NCBI GenBank assembly: GCA_036507075.1
Contig: DASXQR010000019.1
Location: 1-19,442 of the forward strand
Direction: 5' to 3'
DNA: 19,442 nucleotides
Origin: Acidobacteriota bacterium
Lineage (GTDB): Bacteria; Acidobacteriota; UBA6911; JACQSX01
The notes under the pieces were generated by a model. That model was not told where the DNA came from. It did no database searches and saw nothing but the letters and a program-made list of their open reading frames with translations. This document shows positions 14,981 through 19,442 of the stretch, piece by piece. Position 1 is the stretch's first letter; each line of letters starts with the position of its first letter. Both the position numbers and the translations under genes were made by a program.

Positions 14981-15955
14981 ATGTCCGAGAAATACTTCAT
15001 TACCGGAGCCCAGGGTTTCATCGGCGCCTGGATTGTCAAAGCGCTGCTGGAGCGCGGAGACACCCCTGTTATTTTCGACAGCAGCAGTGATTCAAGGCGG
15101 TTGAAAGCCATTATTCCGGAAAAGTGGCTTGACCGCGCCCAATTCATGCTCGGCGATATCACTGACGCGGATGTCGTCAGAAGGTCGGTGCAGGAATCCA
15201 AGGCGAATAAAATCATTCATCTGGCTGGGGTCCAGGTTCCTGCGTGCAAGGCGGATCCGCTTCTGGGCGCAAAGATCAACGTAATCGGGACCCTGAACGT
15301 TTTTCAGGCGGCCAAAACCGCCGGCCTTGAAAGGGTCGTCTATGCCAGCTCGGCTGCCGTTTTCGGTATGAGCGACGACGGCAGACCGCTCGACGAATCG
15401 GTGCGGCCGGAACCCGGCACGCATTACGGCGTTTTCAAGCATGCCAACGAAGGCAACGCGCGCGTTTATTTCCTGGACCATAAACTCTCGAGCGCCGGAC
15501 TTCGTCCTTACACCGTCTACGGAGTCGGGCGCGATACCGGGATGACCAGCGATCCGACCAAGGCGATGAAGGCTGCCGTGCTGGGCCGCCCCTTTCACAT
15601 CCGTTTTGGCGGAGCGACTGATTTTCAGTATGTCGCCGACACGGCGGCCGCTTTTATCGCCTCTGCCGACCGTTGCCAGGCCGGCGCGCACGTGTTCAAC
15701 CTGCACGGGGAAACCATCCAGGTGGCCACCATCGTGGAGACTATCCGCCGTCATCTCCCCATGGGAAGTCGCGAACTGGTCACTTTTGGCGGCCCTCCCA
15801 TTCCGATCGCTCCTGAGTTGCGAGACGAGGCAATCCGGGCGGCCGTCGGACCACTGCCCTCCACTCCCCTCAGCACCGGCATTCGCGAGACAATCGAGCG
15901 TTTCCAACAGCTTCGGGAGGAAGGAAGACTGGACACGAGCGACCTGGAAACTTAG
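14981..15955 (+). CDS. Extended SDR, NAD-dependent epimerase/dehydratase family
   Basis: 324 aa; ITGAQGFIG, GDITD, IIHLAG, NVIGTLNV, YASSAAVFG, YGVFK, LRPYTVYG. Confidence 0.92.
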   Translation: MSEKYFITGAQGFIGAWIVKALLERGDTPVIFDSSSDSRRLKAIIPEKWLDRAQFMLGDITDADVVRRSVQESKANKIIHLAGVQVPACKADPLLGAKINVIGTLNVFQAAKTAGLERVVYASSAAVFGMSDDGRPLDESVRPEPGTHYGVFKHANEGNARVYFLDHKLSSAGLRPYTVYGVGRDTGMTSDPTKAMKAAVLGRPFHIRFGGATDFQYVADTAAAFIASADRCQAGAHVFNLHGETIQVATIVETIRRHLPMGSRELVTFGGPPIPIAPELRDEAIRAAVGPLPSTPLSTGIRETIERFQQLREEGRLDTSDLET

Positions 15956-16012
15956 TGAAAATCAGTACCGCGTCCCGTCAGGGCGCGGCGGACAATGTTT
16001 GTCGGCTCTTCT

Positions 16013-16130
16013 GAATTGAAAATAGGGAGAATTGAAAATAGTGAAAATATGAATTGAAAATAGGGACAGTCCCCTTTTTCCGGTTAATGGGGGACAGTCC
16101 CCTTTTTTCGGTTTAATGGGGACAGTCCCC
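16013..16130. repeat. AT-rich GAATTGAAAATAG repeats followed by three 28-nt-period units with a GGGGACAGTCCCC palindrome
   Basis: GAATTGAAAATAG at 16013, 16029 and 16051; (G)GGGACAGTCCCC at 16063, 16090 and 16118. Confidence 0.8.
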
Positions 16131-16142
16131 ATCTCGCCTCAA

Positions 16143-16260
16143 CAGTACCGCGGTGCGTCAGCCCGCGGCGCGCGCATCACCGTAATCTGATTGATCGGGG
16201 CGCCGCTTATCCTCAAGGTCGGTCGATGCGCGCGCCACGGGCTGACGCACCGCGGTACTG
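16143..16260. repeat. 36-bp-arm inverted repeat CAGTACCGCGGTGCGTCAGCCCG... (REP/REPIN-like)
   Basis: Arms 16143-16178 and 16225-16260 match at 35/36; a diverged half copy CAGTACCGCGTCCCGTCAGGGCGCGGCG begins at 15963. Confidence 0.85.
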
Positions 16261-16328
16261 ATCGGCAGGGTCGTGCGCGCTTTTTGGCGGTCACAACGAC
16301 ACTAAGTGACCATTAATCCACGGTTTCC

Positions 16329-16337
16329 TGTTAAAAT
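16329..16337 (+). promoter_or_regulatory. Extended -10 promoter (TG-n-TAAAAT) for a probably leaderless transcript
   Basis: TGTTAAAAT lies 6 nt before ATG 16344; no SD is present. Confidence 0.55.
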
Positions 16338-16343
16338 AGCCCC

Positions 16344-17915
16344 ATGCCTAATCCTGCAGAATTGATCGCGCCGGTCAGAGAGTACGCTATCGTGGTCGAT
16401 CCGAAAGACAATGTGGCCGTGGTGAAAACCAGGGTCACAGCCGGGACTCAGGTGAGACTGGAAAATGGCGAAGCAGTAAGACTTTCCGCCGCCGTCAATC
16501 CGGGACATCGCTTTGCCACGCGCGACGTTCCCCACGGCGATTATGTGCTCCAGTACGGCCAGCCCATCGGAACTTCCATGGGGATCAAGAGGGGGGATCT
16601 GATATCTCATACCAACATGTCCAATGAAGTGCCGGTAGTGCGCGATTTGGACCCGAATCTCTCCACCCCGCCACCCGACTATTTTCCTGTTCGCGAACGT
16701 CCGACTTTTATGGGATATCGCCGCGCCGACGGGCGGGTGGGGACGCGCAACTACATTCTGATCGTGCCGACCAGCATGTGCGCCAGCCATGAGGCTCAGC
16801 AGGTGGCGATGATTGCGGAGTACACACTTTACAGTCGCGAAAAATATCCCAACATCGACGGAGTGGTCGCCATTCCTCATAACAAAGGATGCGGATGTGC
16901 CGACGGTTCGACAGTGGAAGTTTTGATGCGCACCTTGGCCAATTATGCGGATCATCCCAACGTCGGCGGGGCGGTACTGATTGATCTCGGATGCGAGAAA
17001 ACCAATCTTTCCAAGATTGACCGCTATCTTTTCAAGCGACGTCGCGAGTTCCAGAAGCCAGTGGCAAAGTTTGGAATTCAGGAAGTAGGCGGCACACAAG
17101 CGGCCATCGCCCGCGGCCTGGAGGAAGTTTCCAAAATGCTGCCCGAAGTGAACCAGGCAAAGCGCGCGCCCGCGCCCATCAGTGATCTGATTTTGGGCGT
17201 CAAGTGTGGCGGCTCGGATGGATTTTCCGGGCTGTCCGCCAATCCCAGCCTGGGACGGGCCGCCGATCTGCTGGTCCGTTGGGGCGGAACGGTGCTGATT
17301 ACCGAGGTCCCGGAATTCTGCGGAGCGGAACACATCCTTGCACAACGTTCCAGAGATGCCGAAACGGGTCACGCCGTTTATCGCATGGTCGATTGGTACA
17401 AAGATTTCGCTTCGAAGTTCGGAACCGTCCTTGGTGAAAATCCAAGCCCAGGCAACGTCGAAGGTGGTCTGCTGAACATCACGATCAAGTCGCTGGGCGC
17501 CATTGCCAAAGCCGGCACCACACGGGTGGAAGGAGTTGTCGAGTACGCCGAGCCGCCCTCCGGCAACGGCCTGTATCTGATGCAGGGACCGGGATACGAT
17601 CAGGAATCCACACCGGGCCTGGTGGCCGCGGGTTCCACGGTAGTGGTATTTACCACCGGCCGGGGTACAACCATCGGCAATGCCATCACTCCTGTGGTGA
17701 AGCTGGCATCGAACACTCCGGTGTTTCAACGCATGTCGCGTGATCTGGACCTGTCGGCGGGCGGAGTAATCGACGGAACCGAGAGTATTGACGAAGTAGG
17801 CGCCCGCGTGTTCGAACACATGCTGCGCGTGGCAAGCGGCCAGGTGCCTGCAAAGGCGGAAGAAAACAAGCATCGCGAATTTCAGGTCTGGGCCGAGCAA
17901 ACCGTCTCTTTGTAA
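16344..17915 (+). CDS. uxaA: UxaA/GarD-family sugar-acid dehydratase (altronate/galactarate dehydratase) with N-terminal SAF domain
   Basis: 523 aa; PKDNVAV, PGHRFA, QYGQPIG, FMGYRRADGRVGTRN, HNKGCG, HPNVGG, LGCE, KCGGSDGFSGLSANP, ENPSPGNVEGGL, FTTGRG. Exact substrate (altronate vs galactarate etc.) cannot be determined here. Confidence 0.88.
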   Translation: MPNPAELIAPVREYAIVVDPKDNVAVVKTRVTAGTQVRLENGEAVRLSAAVNPGHRFATRDVPHGDYVLQYGQPIGTSMGIKRGDLISHTNMSNEVPVVRDLDPNLSTPPPDYFPVRERPTFMGYRRADGRVGTRNYILIVPTSMCASHEAQQVAMIAEYTLYSREKYPNIDGVVAIPHNKGCGCADGSTVEVLMRTLANYADHPNVGGAVLIDLGCEKTNLSKIDRYLFKRRREFQKPVAKFGIQEVGGTQAAIARGLEEVSKMLPEVNQAKRAPAPISDLILGVKCGGSDGFSGLSANPSLGRAADLLVRWGGTVLITEVPEFCGAEHILAQRSRDAETGHAVYRMVDWYKDFASKFGTVLGENPSPGNVEGGLLNITIKSLGAIAKAGTTRVEGVVEYAEPPSGNGLYLMQGPGYDQESTPGLVAAGSTVVVFTTGRGTTIGNAITPVVKLASNTPVFQRMSRDLDLSAGGVIDGTESIDEVGARVFEHMLRVASGQVPAKAEENKHREFQVWAEQTVSL

Positions 17916-17970
17916 CAAACTCTTTTAACACAGTGGGAAACGGCGGAGATCAAGAACGCGTGCTGCGGCA

Positions 17971-18167
17971 GAATGAAGAATGCAGAATGCGGAATGTAGA
18001 ATGCGGAATGCAGAATGCGAAATGTGGAATGCGGAATGTGGAATGCGGAATGAATCTTGTTGGTTATGATTAGAACTTCTGATCGTGGGTCATTAATCTA
18101 TTCCGCATTCCGCATTCCGCATTTTGCATTTTAATATTCCGCATTCCGCATTCCACATTCCGCATTT
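17971..18167. repeat. Inverted pair of heptamer tandem arrays, (GAATGCG)x12 ... (ATTCCGC)x~9
   Basis: 12 consecutive GAATGNN units at 17971-18054, a 45-nt spacer, then reverse-complement units at 18100-18167. Confidence 0.9.
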
Positions 18168-18177
18168 GGAAGGTTCA

Positions 18178-19317
18178 ATGCTGGCAGCCGTTTTATCCGA
18201 CGTAAAAAAATTCGAGCTGCGCGACGTGCCGCGGCCCGTTCCGGGTTCGCATGAGGTACTGGTCGAGATTTCTGCGGTGGGCCTCTGCGGCACGGACTTT
18301 CACATTTACTCCGGCGAAGCCAATTACAATCTCGATGCGCGCGGCAGGCCGATTCCGCTTGCAGCACATCCTCAGATTCTCGGGCACGAGATCGTGGGAG
18401 TGGTGCGGGAGGTCGGCCGCGACGTGCGGGACCTGAAGGAAGGCACCGCCGCGGTCCTCGATCAGGGTCTGAACTGCCGCAGTTCGCGAAGATCGGAGAT
18501 TTGCGAGTACTGCGCCAGCGGCAGTTCCCACCAGTGCCGCTATTACCGCGAACTCGGGATCACAGGTCTTCCCGGCGGATTTGCGCAATACGTTTCAATC
18601 GCCGCCACTAATGTTCTCCCGATCCGGTCCAGCTTGGAAGCGACAAGCGCAGCCTTGACCGAGCCGCTCGCCTGTATTGTCAGGGCGATGGATCTTTGCC
18701 AGCGCGCCGGCGCCCGTTTCAGCATCGGCGCACAGAATGGAACGCGCGTCCAGTCGGTTGTGATTCTGGGAGCCGGACCGGCGGGACTCCTGTTCACACA
18801 GTACCTTCGGAGAGTTCTGGGATATGAAGGCTTGCTCATCGTGAGCGAACCGAATCAAGGCAGGCGTGAATCGGCCGCCCGATTCGGGGCCGAAGCCATC
18901 AATCCCGCTTCAGAGGACCTGGTGGACTTTGTCGACCGAAGAACAAAGGGCCGGCGGGCGGAGCTTGTAATCGAGGCTTCCGGATCCTCGGCGGTGTTTT
19001 CTCAGATCCAGGCGCTGATCTGCAAACAGGCGACGATCCTGCTTTACGCGTATGGATACTATGGAGGCGATCTGGGACTGCTCAACGGCATCCATTTCCA
19101 CGAACCTACCTTCTTGCTGCCCGCCGGAGGTTCGGGCGGTTTCAACGAAGAGCAGCGCCCCCTGACTTATCTTCGCGCGCTTCGTCTGATTGAAGAAGGC
19201 AAGATAGAGGCGGCTTCGCTGATCACGCATCGCTACGAAAAACTTGAATCGGTCCCACGCGCCTTTTCAGGCGAGCACCGAAGACCTGATTATGTAAAAG
19301 GCGTCGTGATAATGTAG
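18178..19317 (+). CDS. Zinc-dependent alcohol/sugar-acid dehydrogenase (MDR family)
   Basis: 379 aa from ATG 18178 (GGAAGG SD at 18168; the ORF-track start 18124 lies within the repeat array). GLCGTDFH, ILGHE, C..CEYC..SHQC, LTEPLAC, ILGAGPAG, VIEASG, LITHRY. Confidence 0.92.
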   Translation: MLAAVLSDVKKFELRDVPRPVPGSHEVLVEISAVGLCGTDFHIYSGEANYNLDARGRPIPLAAHPQILGHEIVGVVREVGRDVRDLKEGTAAVLDQGLNCRSSRRSEICEYCASGSSHQCRYYRELGITGLPGGFAQYVSIAATNVLPIRSSLEATSAALTEPLACIVRAMDLCQRAGARFSIGAQNGTRVQSVVILGAGPAGLLFTQYLRRVLGYEGLLIVSEPNQGRRESAARFGAEAINPASEDLVDFVDRRTKGRRAELVIEASGSSAVFSQIQALICKQATILLYAYGYYGGDLGLLNGIHFHEPTFLLPAGGSGGFNEEQRPLTYLRALRLIEEGKIEAASLITHRYEKLESVPRAFSGEHRRPDYVKGVVIM

Positions 19318-19329
19318 CGGAAAAACGGA

Positions 19330-19438
19330 ACCGCCAAGCGCGCGAAGAACGCCAAGACTCCAATGGCTCTAATCCAATTAACTAAGCTGCCACGTTCGGC
19401 ATCCATCTATCACGGGCTGGCTTGGTGTCTTGGTGGTT
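19330..19438. repeat. Nonamer-periodic repeat family, imperfect inverted pair
   Basis: AACCGCCAAGCGCGCGAAGAACGCCAAG (19330-19357) and CTGGCTTGGTGTCTTGGTGGTT (19417-19438; one mismatch to the 13701/14901 copies). Confidence 0.7.
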
Positions 19439-19442
19439 CATT

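Noticed and set aside
16062..16130. Mini-CRISPR array
   Set aside because: The palindrome is only 13 bp, linkers are near-identical rather than unique spacers, and no cas genes are present.
15092..17918. Long antisense ORFs (271 aa and 538 aa)
   Set aside because: Reverse-frame shadows of GC-rich genes with strong family motifs on the + strand.
18124..18177. N-terminal MHFNIPHSAFHIPH extension of the dehydrogenase
   Set aside because: Translation of the heptamer array; the SD and MDR homology begin at ATG 18178.

Overview
Bacterial window with two distinct halves; an Acidobacteriota-like origin is inferred from gene content and repeat style only. Left half (1-9565, visibly more AT-rich) is a sigma54-flavoured surface/matrix-type locus. 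It holds the 5' end of a secreted protein gene missed by the ORF track (1-303, minus), about 1.3 kb of structured intergenic DNA, and a four-gene overlapping cassette (luciferase-like monooxygenase, stand-alone DltA-like adenylation enzyme, carrier protein, left-handed beta-helix acyltransferase). It also holds a secreted choice-of-anchor-P-like Cys-rich protein, a degenerate GGDEF protein that keeps its RxxD site, and an NtrC-family activator with Glu in place of the phospho-acceptor Asp. Four GG-N10-GC sigma54 promoter motifs lie in this half. Right half (9737-19317, visibly GC-richer) is a sugar-acid catabolic cluster: SDR, LarA-superfamily epimerase and FGGY gluconokinase on minus; Gfo/Idh/MocA oxidoreductase, extended SDR, UxaA/GarD dehydratase and Zn-dependent dehydrogenase on plus. 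Every intergenic space there contains palindromic or short tandem repeats of several families. No rRNA, tRNA, CRISPR array or transposase was recognised.
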